Assembly: GCA_003153015.1 (NCBI GenBank)
Contig: PMBS01000254.1
Location: forward strand, 9,568 to 73,567
Reading direction: 5' to 3'
Length of the DNA stretch: 64,000 nt
Source: Myxococcales bacterium
Lineage (GTDB): Bacteria; Myxococcota_A; Polyangia; Fen-1088
Position 1 is the stretch's first letter. The number at the start of each line of letters is the position of its first letter. Of the stretch, positions 26,246 to 35,978 are shown piece after piece. A program made the translations under genes and the position numbers. The notes under the pieces are model-generated. The model saw only the letters and a program-made list of their open reading frames with translations. It ran no database searches and was not told the origin of the DNA.

Positions 26246-26872
26246 CTACTTGCTGGCGCCTGCCCCACAGGTCAGGAATGGCTTGACCGGGTTTTTCCTA
26301 ATCGCCTTCTTGGTGCTCCCGTCGAGGATGTCGATGATCATCCTCTGCAACGCAGGAGTTGCATTCGGCGCGTTCTCGACTACCTTGAGTGTCGACTTCA
26401 CCTTGGCCGCGGTGTAGTTCGAGGCCAGCCGCATGCTCCAGTGGAGGAACCCGGGCGCCACGGCGTAGTACAGCGCCCATTCCCCTGCATCACTCTTCGC
26501 TACTCGGGAGAGCCTCTTGAGGCAGTCCAGGTAGGCATCGAAATCCAGACACTCCAGGGTCAGGGTCGCTAGCTCCACTTGGGAGGGAGAGGCTTTCGGG
26601 CTGCAGCGCAAGTAGCGTTCAATCTCGAAGAGCGTCGATTTCGGGCTTGCCGCCCACTTGCGAAAGGTAGCGTCCTTGCTCCACAGCTCCCGCGGATTCT
26701 GCCCGGACTCCTCGGATCGCGACAGGAGGCTCTTGATTCCCTCGGCAAAAGCGAGTGTCGTGGGCAAGCTGCACTCCGCGGGCAAATCCCCCTTTGCAGG
26801 TTCGTTCGCCGAGACGGCGTAGGCGAGGAGCGAGGCGATGACAAGGATTGGGAAACCGACTGTGGTGCGCAT
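26246..26872 (-). CDS. secreted hypothetical protein
   Basis: 208 aa with N-terminal signal peptide (MRTTVGFPILVIASLLAYAVSA); no family recognised. Confidence 0.45.
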   Translation of the reverse strand: MRTTVGFPILVIASLLAYAVSANEPAKGDLPAECSLPTTLAFAEGIKSLLSRSEESGQNPRELWSKDATFRKWAASPKSTLFEIERYLRCSPKASPSQVELATLTLECLDFDAYLDCLKRLSRVAKSDAGEWALYYAVAPGFLHWSMRLASNYTAAKVKSTLKVVENAPNATPALQRMIIDILDGSTKKAIRKNPVKPFLTCGAGASK

Positions 26873-27052
26873 GACAAGCGTGCTTTGGTTATGGGGCGTC
26901 CCACCATTTTGCCAGACCTCCTTGCGACCGGCAAAACACGAAGGCTCGCCTCAATCCCGCGATGGCTGCAGCAGGTCTTGGCCCGGCGTGGCGGGAGCCG
27001 GCGCGGCGAAGCGAACGGCCGCTGAACGCGATGGATTTGCTACGGGGGAGGC

Positions 27053-27080
27053 CGTGACTTGCCTGTCACATAGTTGTAAC
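27053..27080. promoter_or_regulatory. candidate Pho box (cGTGACttgc CTGTCACatag TTGTAACgaat)
   Basis: Half-sites CTGTCAC and TTGTAAC spaced exactly 11 bp, 70-90 bp upstream of the SBBP lipoprotein gene at 27152; closely resembles the element upstream of pstS (61848). Confidence 0.5.
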
Positions 27081-27151
27081 GAATTCTTCTCTATTGCCAT
27101 CGCCAAAGGCGCCTAAAAGAGGCTGCCATTTCCACTGCGTTTCCTGGCCAA

Positions 27152-29170
27152 GTGCAACCTCACAAAGCGATGCTTTCGCGACCTTCTCCACTTCACCACA
27201 TTGTTGCGACGGCTGGTCTATGTCTTCTCGGCGCGGCAAGTTGTAGCAAGAACAGCGGCTCGCCGGTCGTCGATGCTGCCTTCGGGCCAGACGCGGGTCT
27301 CGTTGACGCTCCGACCTGCCCCGCGTCCTGCGACGACAACAACCCGTGCACGGTGGATAGCTGCGATCCCACCACGTACCAGTGCGTTCACGCCAACGTT
27401 CCCGACGGTACGAGCTGCCAAGGCAAGCCCTGCACGACGAACAGCATCTGCCAGGGCGGGCTCTGCCTCGATGGACCGTTCAAGAAATGCACGGTGGCGA
27501 GCGATCAATGCCACGTGGCCGGCCCGTGTAGCCCCAAGACTGGCGACTGCACCAGCGAAAATGCACCCGAAGGGAAGACTTGCGACGATGGCAACTTGTG
27601 CACCTACGCCGACCAGTGTAAGGCCGGCGTGTGCGTCGGGACTCCGCTCGTGTGCCCCACCACCTGCGACCCGGCCACGGGTTCTTGCCCAGGCGGTTTC
27701 CCCACGGCGCTCCTAGATCGGTTGATTGACAACGCATCTTGGCCGGTCAACAGTGGCGCGATTCTCAGATCACCTGACGGACAGATCTTTGCTGCCGGGG
27801 CCTATGTGAAACAGATCGATCTTGGGTCGGGTCCCATTGTCCAGAACCAAGATCCAACTTTCGGGGCCGCCGACACAGACGTCTTTCTTGCTAGGTTGGA
27901 TCCGTCCGCGCTCAAGGCCACTTGGGCCGTGACGTTCGTCGGGCCCAGGGATCAGTCCGTGACCTCCTTCGCGGTGGACGGAGCCGGCCACTTGGGCGTG
28001 ATAGGTCCCCTGATGGGTTCCATCACGGTGGCCGGCAATGAACTGGAGGCGCTGAGGCCCGGGGACCAGTACATCCTGGGCGCCAGCACCGCGGATGGCA
28101 GTGGCTTGTGGGTGCGGCGGGTGAACCTGCAGAGCGGGACGGAAGACAGCCGAACCGTTGGCCTTCGCGCGATAGCGGGCGACCCCAATGGCAGCTCCTT
28201 CGTGGTTTGTGGGACGGTAGCGTGCGCAACCGGACCCATGCGGGGGGATGCTGGTCCTGATCCCAATCCGGCCAAAGACTTTTCGTCTTCGCTTGCCTGC
28301 AAGGGCGGTACTGATTTGGTTGTGGCGCGTATTGATAGCAGCACGCCCGACGCTGGCACCAACACCGGCAATGGGACGATCGTCTGGGCGGATGAGGTGG
28401 GCGGCATCAATGATGAGTATTGTGGAACGCTGACCATGGATGCCCAATCGAACACCTACGTCGTCGGCACGTATCGATTCGGAAGCGAAGTGGCGTTCGG
28501 AAGCACAACCCTGCCGATGGTGGACTCCGCAGGCTCGACGGCGTGGATGTACCTGGCCAAGCTGGGTCCCGACAACAAGTGGATTTGGGCGAAGCGCATT
28601 GGCTCGGGCGCGCAGTCCATCACACCTACCGCTATTCTCGCTGTTGACAATGTCGACGGCGCCAGCAGTGACGTCATCGTGGCTGGAACGATCGAAGTAG
28701 GGTCCCTGTTGTTTTCGACGGACAACGTGGGCGTTGTGCTGGACTCGCCCAATTTCATGGCCCGGTTCGATGGGTCGACGGGGGAGGAGCTTCGTTGGGT
28801 CAAAGGGATGGCCGTGGTCGTGAACAGTATGGCGGCGGACGGGGGGCACATCCTGGCTACCGGCAGCTATAGCGCCGCCGGCAACCTGGGGTCGGCTTCC
28901 TTGTCCCCGCCCTTGAAAACAGGTGCGTTCATCGCGGAGATTGATGGCAGCAACGGCGCGGTCGTGGCCGCCAAGGGGTACGGGTCGTCGCAGTACCTCA
29001 ACAGCGGCGCTGGCGTTGTTGCGATCACCGGTGCGGCTGGGTCGAGTGAGACCGGTAGCGTCTTGCTGCTCTCCTACGCGTCGCAAGTGGATCTGGGACC
29101 TCCCATCGGCGTCTTGCGAGCCACCGCGACCGCAAGCACGGCCAGTTGCCTGGCCAGGATCGCCCCATGA
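27152..29170 (+). CDS. lipoprotein with Cys-rich N-terminal module and SBBP beta-propeller repeats
   Basis: Lipobox LLGAASC. Cys-rich module (CPASCDDNNPCTVDSC...CDDGNLCT) also occurs in the 42949 gene. Repeated D.{2}GN.Y.{2}G motifs (DAQSNTYVVGTY etc.) typical of SBBP repeats. Confidence 0.7.
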   Translation: MQPHKAMLSRPSPLHHIVATAGLCLLGAASCSKNSGSPVVDAAFGPDAGLVDAPTCPASCDDNNPCTVDSCDPTTYQCVHANVPDGTSCQGKPCTTNSICQGGLCLDGPFKKCTVASDQCHVAGPCSPKTGDCTSENAPEGKTCDDGNLCTYADQCKAGVCVGTPLVCPTTCDPATGSCPGGFPTALLDRLIDNASWPVNSGAILRSPDGQIFAAGAYVKQIDLGSGPIVQNQDPTFGAADTDVFLARLDPSALKATWAVTFVGPRDQSVTSFAVDGAGHLGVIGPLMGSITVAGNELEALRPGDQYILGASTADGSGLWVRRVNLQSGTEDSRTVGLRAIAGDPNGSSFVVCGTVACATGPMRGDAGPDPNPAKDFSSSLACKGGTDLVVARIDSSTPDAGTNTGNGTIVWADEVGGINDEYCGTLTMDAQSNTYVVGTYRFGSEVAFGSTTLPMVDSAGSTAWMYLAKLGPDNKWIWAKRIGSGAQSITPTAILAVDNVDGASSDVIVAGTIEVGSLLFSTDNVGVVLDSPNFMARFDGSTGEELRWVKGMAVVVNSMAADGGHILATGSYSAAGNLGSASLSPPLKTGAFIAEIDGSNGAVVAAKGYGSSQYLNSGAGVVAITGAAGSSETGSVLLLSYASQVDLGPPIGVLRATATASTASCLARIAP

Positions 29171-29187
29171 GCGGGACGGCCAGCGAG

Positions 29188-29205
29188 GTGTAACAAATCC
29201 GACAC
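29188..29205. promoter_or_regulatory. imperfect palindrome GTGTAACAAATCCGACAC related to the perfect palindrome at 35782
   Basis: Shares the GTGT....TCCGACAC arms; lies ~80 bp upstream of the SBBP lipoprotein gene at 29284. Confidence 0.35.
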
Positions 29206-29283
29206 GAGAAATTCATAAATACCTCACCCGACACTGCCATGGGCGGGGGTATCTACGCATGACAACTATTCCCGGGCAGGGAC

Positions 29284-31212
29284 TTGACCAACAGCGAGGA
29301 AAACATGATTCGATATGCACAAGGAATACTTACCGTTCGCGGCCGGAAGCTAGGCACTCTCGTCTTGACTGGCGCGGTCGCCGCTTTCGCTTTGGCTGGA
29401 TGCAGCAGCGGTAGTAGTGAAAATCCGGGGAACCCGAAGGATGCAAGCCCGCCCAAGCAAGACACGGCGCAGCCTCCTGCAGATGTCGGCACGGGCGGCA
29501 CCGGGGGCGGGATGGGCGGTGCGGGAGGGGCCGGGGGCATGGATGCGTCACCGGATCGAGCCCCTCTAGGCGGAGCCGACAGTGGTGTTGATGCGGCCCC
29601 GGCCGATCGGCTCCCTGTCAACCCGGACGTTGCTGCTGGCGAGGCTGGCGCACCGGATGGGCTCTCGCCCAACCTAGACGTTCCTGCTGGCGATGCTGGC
29701 GCACCCGACGCGCTCCTGCCGAAGGACGTTCTCGCCAGCGATGCTGGCGCACCCGACGCGCCCTCGCCCAAGGACGGTCTCGCCCCCGATGGCGGCGGAA
29801 CCGCGTCGGATGGTGGCGGCGGGGAGGCAGGCTCCGGCACGTGCCCAAGTCCTGTGCATGCCTGGGCCTATCCGGTTGGGCAGTTCAACTCAATTGCTTG
29901 GGACCGGGACGGAAGCCTGGTTACCACAGCCTTGTTCAATTTCTCTACCACGAGCTTCGCCGGCCACCCGGTGACCAACGCGGGCGGCTCCGACCTGCTG
30001 GTCGCCAAGCTCGATCCTGCCACCGGCAACGCGACTTGGGTATTCACCGCTGGTGATTCCAACGATCAGACTGGCTACAAAGTGGAAGTGACCAGTAGTA
30101 ATTTGGCTGTGATTGGAAACTTCACCGGGACCCTGGACATCGATCCCGTGAATGGTGTGATTCCGCCGATTGTCAATGCAGGCACCACGCCAGTCGACTT
30201 CATCGTGGGCCTGAATGACAGCGACGGCACAGGGGCATGGTCCAAGAAGGTCGACCTGGGTGGGGGCCAGCTTTCTGCAGTGGCGGGCAACCGGGGCAAG
30301 GACTACTTCCTTGTTTGCGGCGCAGCGGCGAAGAAACCGACCACTCTCGCGGCGAGTGGAACGCTGGGCGGTGGGCAGGACGTGATCGTGGCTGCGATCA
30401 AGGCCAGCGATGGCACCGTCGTGTGGGCCAAGCTGTTCGGGGGCGCTATGGATCAAGCGTGCTACGCCGCAGCCCTTGATGACAGCGGAAATGCCTACTT
30501 CGCTGGCAGCTACGCCGGGACTCTCGACTTCGGGCTCGGCGCCCTCACGCCTGCCCCGACTGGTGCCAGTGATCAAATCGCCTGGGTGGCCAAGCTGAGC
30601 GGAGCGGACGGGACCGCCATCGCGACCAACACCTTCGGCACGTCGGGCCAGGTGAGACCCGAGAGCATGACGCTCGACCCTCAAGGTGCCTTGATCGTGA
30701 CTGGCGGGATCGGCGCGGCGGCGACCTTCGGGGATCGAACCTTGACCCCTTCCGGCAAAACGGATGCGTTTGTTGCCAAGCTCAGCCCATCCACCTTGGT
30801 TCCCTTGTGGGCGCGGAACATGGGCGGCAGCGGCACGGCCGTAGCCAGTGGCAAAGGCGCAGGGGTGGATTCGGCTGGCAACGTCACAGTGGTGGGCACT
30901 TTCAATGTTTCTCTCAAGGTGGGCCCGGGCGATGCGGCGTTGGTGCCCGCCGCGCAGGTCTCCGAGACCTGGGTGGCTACGCTGAACGGCACCGACGGGC
31001 AGACCCTGTGCGCCCATGGCTACGGGGATTCTTCGTCGACTGGCGGCGGGGCGTATGCCATCGCAATCAACCCTGGCGCTGCCGGGGCCAACAAGGATCG
31101 CGCGGCCATCGTCGGCTTCTTCGGCAAGGTCATCGACTTTGGTGCCCCGACCACGGCGCTGAGCGCGGTGGCGCAGAACACCCCGGTCACCGCGTATCTG
31201 CTAGAGATGTAG
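29284..31212 (+). CDS. lipoprotein with low-complexity Ala/Pro/Asp linker and SBBP beta-propeller repeats
   Basis: RBS GAGGAAAAC before ATG; lipobox LAGC; repeats DDSGNAYFAGSYAGTLDFG, DSAGNVTVVGTF. Confidence 0.7.
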   Translation: MTNSEENMIRYAQGILTVRGRKLGTLVLTGAVAAFALAGCSSGSSENPGNPKDASPPKQDTAQPPADVGTGGTGGGMGGAGGAGGMDASPDRAPLGGADSGVDAAPADRLPVNPDVAAGEAGAPDGLSPNLDVPAGDAGAPDALLPKDVLASDAGAPDAPSPKDGLAPDGGGTASDGGGGEAGSGTCPSPVHAWAYPVGQFNSIAWDRDGSLVTTALFNFSTTSFAGHPVTNAGGSDLLVAKLDPATGNATWVFTAGDSNDQTGYKVEVTSSNLAVIGNFTGTLDIDPVNGVIPPIVNAGTTPVDFIVGLNDSDGTGAWSKKVDLGGGQLSAVAGNRGKDYFLVCGAAAKKPTTLAASGTLGGGQDVIVAAIKASDGTVVWAKLFGGAMDQACYAAALDDSGNAYFAGSYAGTLDFGLGALTPAPTGASDQIAWVAKLSGADGTAIATNTFGTSGQVRPESMTLDPQGALIVTGGIGAAATFGDRTLTPSGKTDAFVAKLSPSTLVPLWARNMGGSGTAVASGKGAGVDSAGNVTVVGTFNVSLKVGPGDAALVPAAQVSETWVATLNGTDGQTLCAHGYGDSSSTGGGAYAIAINPGAAGANKDRAAIVGFFGKVIDFGAPTTALSAVAQNTPVTAYLLEM

Positions 31213-31298
31213 GGTGAAGCAGGGCGGGGCGCTCGATGGGACCGTAATCCAGCGGCTGTAGGCCATACCCCCCAACCATCTACGAGACGAATACCGCC

Positions 31299-33629
31299 GT
31301 GGCATCCAGCAAATCGCCACTTCACCATGGCCGCTTACCGGCGTCCATCATCGTCTTCTTGGGGCTGGCCGCTTCTTGCAAGAGCACGCCCCAAGAAAAG
31401 ATCGATGCCGGTCAGCGCAGGTATTGCAGCGCTTCGCTGGACGGGGGATCGGACGTCCGTGTCCGCGAGAGTGGAACAACCGACTTGTCCACCGATTCGC
31501 CTGACCTGGGCTCGGGCAACGAGGTCAGCACTCCGGATTTGTCGCCCCCGGCAGTCGACGGTCGCGCAGCGGACTCGGCTGAGGCGGGCGGTGGCGACAG
31601 CCGCGGTGGCGGGATAGATCTGGCCTTGTCGGATGCGCGGGACCGGGCGAATGAGGTGGGCGGCACGGGTGGCAGCACCGGCGAAGGCGGCAGTACTGGC
31701 ACGGGAGGCAGTGGTGGCGAGGGTGGCAGTACTGCCACTGGTGGCACCAGCGGCAGCGGTGGTACCGGCGATGCGCGTGGGCTCGACGCACCCTCGATCA
31801 GCGGCGGCGATGGCGGCGGCGACGTTTCCGTTGACCGCGGTTCGCCAGACCTGGCTCGGGATGCGCCGGCGGCCGATGTGGGCAGCGTCTATGACGTCTA
31901 TGACGTGCAAAGTGTCTACGACGCCTACCCGGATGCACCGGCAGATGCGCCCATGGCCGCTGATGTGGGCGCGGTCACGGACGCGCCCACAGTCGTGGAT
32001 CTCGGTCCCGACGCCGCCCCTGACGGCGCTGCCCTGACCTGCAGCACCGGCGGGGTGAGTTGGGCCAAGGCCTGGGACCCCCGCACGGTCAGCTTGATCA
32101 GGTCGGCGGTGTCTCCCGCCGGGATCCCGTGGGCTACCGGCTATTTTAGTGCAGCCACGGACTTTGGCACGGGAACACCGCTGCCGTCTTCCGCCAGCGG
32201 GGACACCGATGCATTCTTGGTCAAGCTGGACCCTTTGTCGGGGCTGGCCACTCAGGCCTTCAGCTTCAGCGATCCCAGCGGCAGAGACCAGATTGGGACC
32301 GGAGTAGCGGTCGCCCAGCCGGGAAACGTGGTGGTCACCGGCAATTACTACGGTGAAATCGACTTCACAGCGGTTGGCAGCGGCGATACCGGCACCAGCG
32401 GTGTTGACTATCTGGCGAAATCATCTGTCGTCCAGGCAGCCGCCATGAACTTCTACATTGTGGTGGATGGCGCGTCGTCTGGTCAGTACGTGACGCCTAT
32501 CAAGGCGCACAACATCGACGTGGGCACGGGCGCGATCGTGGCCGTCGCGTCCAACCCCAGCCAGAATAGCGTCGCTTTTTGCGGCAAGACCAGCAGGCTT
32601 GTCGATGCCTACACCACGGGCGCCAGCAACACTGGGTTGCGCACCGCTGGCAACTATGGCACGGGCGGCACCGGCCTTGCCGCTGCCACCTACGGCGGGA
32701 GCATGGACATCGTGGTAGCCGTGATCGACGCGAGCAACGACCCGAACAGCGTCGGCAAAGTCATCTGGGGCAGGCAGTTTGGTGGCGCAGGCGACCAGGC
32801 CTGTGAGTCCGTGGCCATGGACAGCGCCGGCAACGTGGCCATTGCCGGTAGCTACAATGGGACCTTGTTCTTCGACCCGACGAATGCGGCTCTCCAACTC
32901 GACGCTGGGAGCACCAGCGGCTCTCTCGCGCTTCCGTTCGTGGCCGTTCTGGACCCGAACGGGACGCCAGTACACGCCGCGAGCTGGGGCACCAGCGGCC
33001 TCTCGGATGTCAATGGCATAGCGTTTGATAGCAGCTCGCCAGCCAATATCGTCATCGGGGGATCCCTCGGTGCCACCATCACCATGACCATCAACTCCCA
33101 GCCGGTGCAGGTTGTCGACCTGGGCAAGACAGACGGCTTTGTGGCCAAGCTGAACTCCAGCCTGGTTCCGCAGTGGGCCATGTCGTTCGGCGACGCCGCC
33201 TACGATCAGAAGGTCCACGCTTTGGCCCTGTCGTCGAGCGGCAACGTGTTCATCGGTGGAAACTTTGAGGGCACGCTCAACGGGCTCAACGGTCTGACTT
33301 CAAACGGCAACGCCACGTACGACGCCTTCAGCGCGGAGCTCTCTGGGGCTGACGGCTCCGTGGTCTGCGCGCAACCGTACGGGGATGCCGAAGGGACACA
33401 GGATGTCTTTGCGCTTACTGTGGCCAGTGCCGCGACCGGGCCTTTGGCCGACTCTGTGATGATCGGCGGAAGTTTCAGCAACACCATCGCGCTGGGCTCC
33501 GCCACCCTGTGGAGTCCAGGCAACGTCTGCACTGTGCAAGCGGACTGCAAGAGCGGCGCGAGCTGTAGCAACGGGCACTGCGCAAGTGCCGGCACTAGCA
33601 GGAGCTTCATAGCCCGCCTTGGCCCCTAG
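31299..33629 (+). CDS. lipoprotein with Gly/Ser/Thr-rich linker and SBBP beta-propeller repeats
   Basis: Lipobox LAASC; C-terminal ~430 aa ~80% identical to the C-terminus of 42949..46467, with near-identical nucleotide stretches. Confidence 0.7.
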   Translation: MASSKSPLHHGRLPASIIVFLGLAASCKSTPQEKIDAGQRRYCSASLDGGSDVRVRESGTTDLSTDSPDLGSGNEVSTPDLSPPAVDGRAADSAEAGGGDSRGGGIDLALSDARDRANEVGGTGGSTGEGGSTGTGGSGGEGGSTATGGTSGSGGTGDARGLDAPSISGGDGGGDVSVDRGSPDLARDAPAADVGSVYDVYDVQSVYDAYPDAPADAPMAADVGAVTDAPTVVDLGPDAAPDGAALTCSTGGVSWAKAWDPRTVSLIRSAVSPAGIPWATGYFSAATDFGTGTPLPSSASGDTDAFLVKLDPLSGLATQAFSFSDPSGRDQIGTGVAVAQPGNVVVTGNYYGEIDFTAVGSGDTGTSGVDYLAKSSVVQAAAMNFYIVVDGASSGQYVTPIKAHNIDVGTGAIVAVASNPSQNSVAFCGKTSRLVDAYTTGASNTGLRTAGNYGTGGTGLAAATYGGSMDIVVAVIDASNDPNSVGKVIWGRQFGGAGDQACESVAMDSAGNVAIAGSYNGTLFFDPTNAALQLDAGSTSGSLALPFVAVLDPNGTPVHAASWGTSGLSDVNGIAFDSSSPANIVIGGSLGATITMTINSQPVQVVDLGKTDGFVAKLNSSLVPQWAMSFGDAAYDQKVHALALSSSGNVFIGGNFEGTLNGLNGLTSNGNATYDAFSAELSGADGSVVCAQPYGDAEGTQDVFALTVASAATGPLADSVMIGGSFSNTIALGSATLWSPGNVCTVQADCKSGASCSNGHCASAGTSRSFIARLGP

Positions 33630-33741
33630 CACGACTGATTGAGATTCTCCCGTCGCGGTCGCTGCTACGGCCCCCGCCCGCTGCCTCAGAGAATATGGCT
33701 TGGCAAAGGCGAGCCGGGGGTGATTATCATCGCGGCGTCCG

Positions 33742-35595
33742 ATGCCGAACCGATGGCTCATAGCCGCCCTGGCAGGATTGCTGCTGCTAACCGTGGTGGT
33801 CTATGCGCCAGGGCTTCACGGCGAGTTCCAATTCGATGACGTGCGTGCGGTGCAGTTCAACCAGAGTATTCGCCGCTTCGACAACTTCACTCACGCCCAG
33901 TCGCTCATGGACATGGTTCGGGGTAGGCGCGTCCTCACCGATCTTACCTTTGCCATCGATTACCATATTGCGGGCAACGATCCATTTGCATTTCACGCGA
34001 CCAATTTGGGCATTCACCTCGCTGTCATTCTGCTGGTGTTCTTCTTCACGCGCAGGATGCTCAAGCTCAGCGGTGCCTTGGGCGGCGATTTCTTGGCTTT
34101 GGCGGTGACTGCGGTATTCGCGTTGCATCCGCTGCAGACCCAGGCGGTGGCCTACGTCTCGCAACGGGCAGAGTCGCTGGCTTCTGCCTTCTACCTAGCC
34201 TCACTTCTGTCGTTGTTGGCGGCCGAGCGGCGCGGACGTTGCGCGGCTGGCGCCAGGCTCTACGCCGCTTCGTTTGCCTTGTTCGCGCTCGGGCTCGGCG
34301 CCAAAGTCATCGTGGCCACTCTTCCCGTCGCCTATCTATTGATGGGACTTCTGCCCGGTCCCCATGGCCTGCTGGCGCGCCGGTTGCGACGACTGGCGCT
34401 GGCCGCACCCTTTCTTGCCTACGCGCTGTTGACGACGGTTTTGACGGTGCCGAACTTGAAAGGAGAGGATGCGGGTTTCTTCATCCCGTTCATGCCACCG
34501 GGCCGCTATTTTCTGACCCAGTTGCACGTTCTCGTGACCTATCTGCGCCTGCTCTTTTGGCCGGCTGGCCAAAATGTGGATTGGGACTTCCCAGTGGCGC
34601 GCGGCCTGGCCGATCCAGCCGTACTCGGCTCTGGCTTTCTTCTCATCGTCCTGCTTGCGGGCGCGGGAATTCTCTTCTTCCGATGCCACTCGCGCACGGA
34701 CAGGGCAGGCGCGGCGGGACGAGCGGCCGGGTTTGGCGTGGCCTGGTTCTTTCTCGTCCTGGCCCCCACTTCCAGCGTGGTGCCCCTCGCCGACGTCGTG
34801 ATGGAGCATCGGCTCTATCTCGCATCTTGGGGCGTGCTTTTTGCAGTGGCAGTGCCGGCCACCGGCTTCGCCGCGCGCCTGCACCTGCAGGGCCTTTCGC
34901 GTTTCGGGGTGGCCGCGGTGGTGGGGCTATGCGCAGTTCTCGCCATGACCACTTACCTTCGCGTCGGGTTGTGGAGGTCGAAACTGCAGCTCTGGTCGGA
35001 CGCGGTGGCGAAGTCACCGCACAAGGCGCGCACACACCTTGGATTAGGGAATGCCTATCGTCTGGCAGGCCAGTTCCAACCGGCCATCGACGAGTATATG
35101 AACGCGCTGAATCTGGCGGGCAATGACCCGACTTGGGTGCGAAACAGCATCCGCGAAAAGCTTGCCGCGGCTCTGCTGTGGCAGGCACGTAGTGAAGAGG
35201 CCATCGCCGCGCTCCAGGCGGGCTTGGCAGAGGATCCGAACCACAGCGCCTTGCTCGGTACCCTGGCCATGGCCTATCTGCAGCGACACGAGCTGGCGCA
35301 GGCCGAGGCGGCGGCAGAGCAATCTGTGCGCACGTCTCCCAGACCTGCATCCTCCCTGCTCGTGTTGGGCATGGTTCGCACGCAGAGGGGCGACCAGGCG
35401 GGTGCGACAGACGCATTCGCACGAGCGGTGAAATTGGAACCCGACGAGTTGCAGGGGAGCCGCCTGCTCGCCCAGGCGTATCGCGCGCAGGGGCGCACCC
35501 GGGAGGCTTGCGATGTCTTGCGCTCCTTCCGAGAGCCGAACCTGGAGCAGCATGAGCAATTGCAGCAGGCAATGGCAGGCTGCCCGCCCCGCTGA
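33742..35595 (+). CDS. TMTC/PMT-like (GT-C fold) membrane glycosyltransferase with C-terminal TPR repeats
   Basis: N-terminal YAPGLHGEFQFDDVRAVQFN motif, characteristic of the DUF1736/TMTC family, at the first TM; ~10 predicted TM helices; TPR-like C-terminus (NAYRLAGQFQPAIDEYMNAL, LAQAYRAQGR). Confidence 0.6.
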   Translation: MPNRWLIAALAGLLLLTVVVYAPGLHGEFQFDDVRAVQFNQSIRRFDNFTHAQSLMDMVRGRRVLTDLTFAIDYHIAGNDPFAFHATNLGIHLAVILLVFFFTRRMLKLSGALGGDFLALAVTAVFALHPLQTQAVAYVSQRAESLASAFYLASLLSLLAAERRGRCAAGARLYAASFALFALGLGAKVIVATLPVAYLLMGLLPGPHGLLARRLRRLALAAPFLAYALLTTVLTVPNLKGEDAGFFIPFMPPGRYFLTQLHVLVTYLRLLFWPAGQNVDWDFPVARGLADPAVLGSGFLLIVLLAGAGILFFRCHSRTDRAGAAGRAAGFGVAWFFLVLAPTSSVVPLADVVMEHRLYLASWGVLFAVAVPATGFAARLHLQGLSRFGVAAVVGLCAVLAMTTYLRVGLWRSKLQLWSDAVAKSPHKARTHLGLGNAYRLAGQFQPAIDEYMNALNLAGNDPTWVRNSIREKLAAALLWQARSEEAIAALQAGLAEDPNHSALLGTLAMAYLQRHELAQAEAAAEQSVRTSPRPASSLLVLGMVRTQRGDQAGATDAFARAVKLEPDELQGSRLLAQAYRAQGRTREACDVLRSFREPNLEQHEQLQQAMAGCPPR

Positions 35596-35781
35596 GCCAG
35601 GCTTCTGCCCGCTTCACCGACTCGCCGCGCCCGCGCCAGTTCCAGCTCGCCTGACTCTGACTGCGGCAGGCGCCGATTTTCTGTCGCTGATGGGGAGGTC
35701 GTCACCAAGGATCTCGGCTGGTGACGAGCAAGGCGGCGAGCGCAACCCGTGTTTGGCCGCTGGCTTGCGAGGCGGCCTTCA

Positions 35782-35799
35782 GTGTCGGAATTCCGACAC
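35782..35799. promoter_or_regulatory. perfect 18-bp palindrome GTGTCGGAATTCCGACAC
   Basis: Read directly; lies in the intergenic region ~180 bp upstream of the PKD-like lipoprotein gene (35979) and next to an AT-rich stretch at ~35850-35890. Confidence 0.5.
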
Positions 35800-35978
35800 C
35801 CGAAGACGTCAGCTTTCCGTCGGGGAGAGATACATCCTGCGAGATTACTCATGCAGAAAATAGTAAGCAATATTTCTAAACATCCATGGCCGATGATCCG
35901 AACCTCCTTCTGTGACCGCTGGTTCGCAGTTCAGCAAACAGCACGAGCGCTGTGCCCCGCGACAGGAGGAGTTCCACC

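Noticed and set aside
27770-29086. 438-aa minus-strand ORF, and similar long minus ORFs at 29890..31017, 32421..33218, 34643..35617 and 41204..42037
   Set aside because: All lie antisense to plus-strand genes that have signal peptides, lipoboxes, RBSs and conserved domains.
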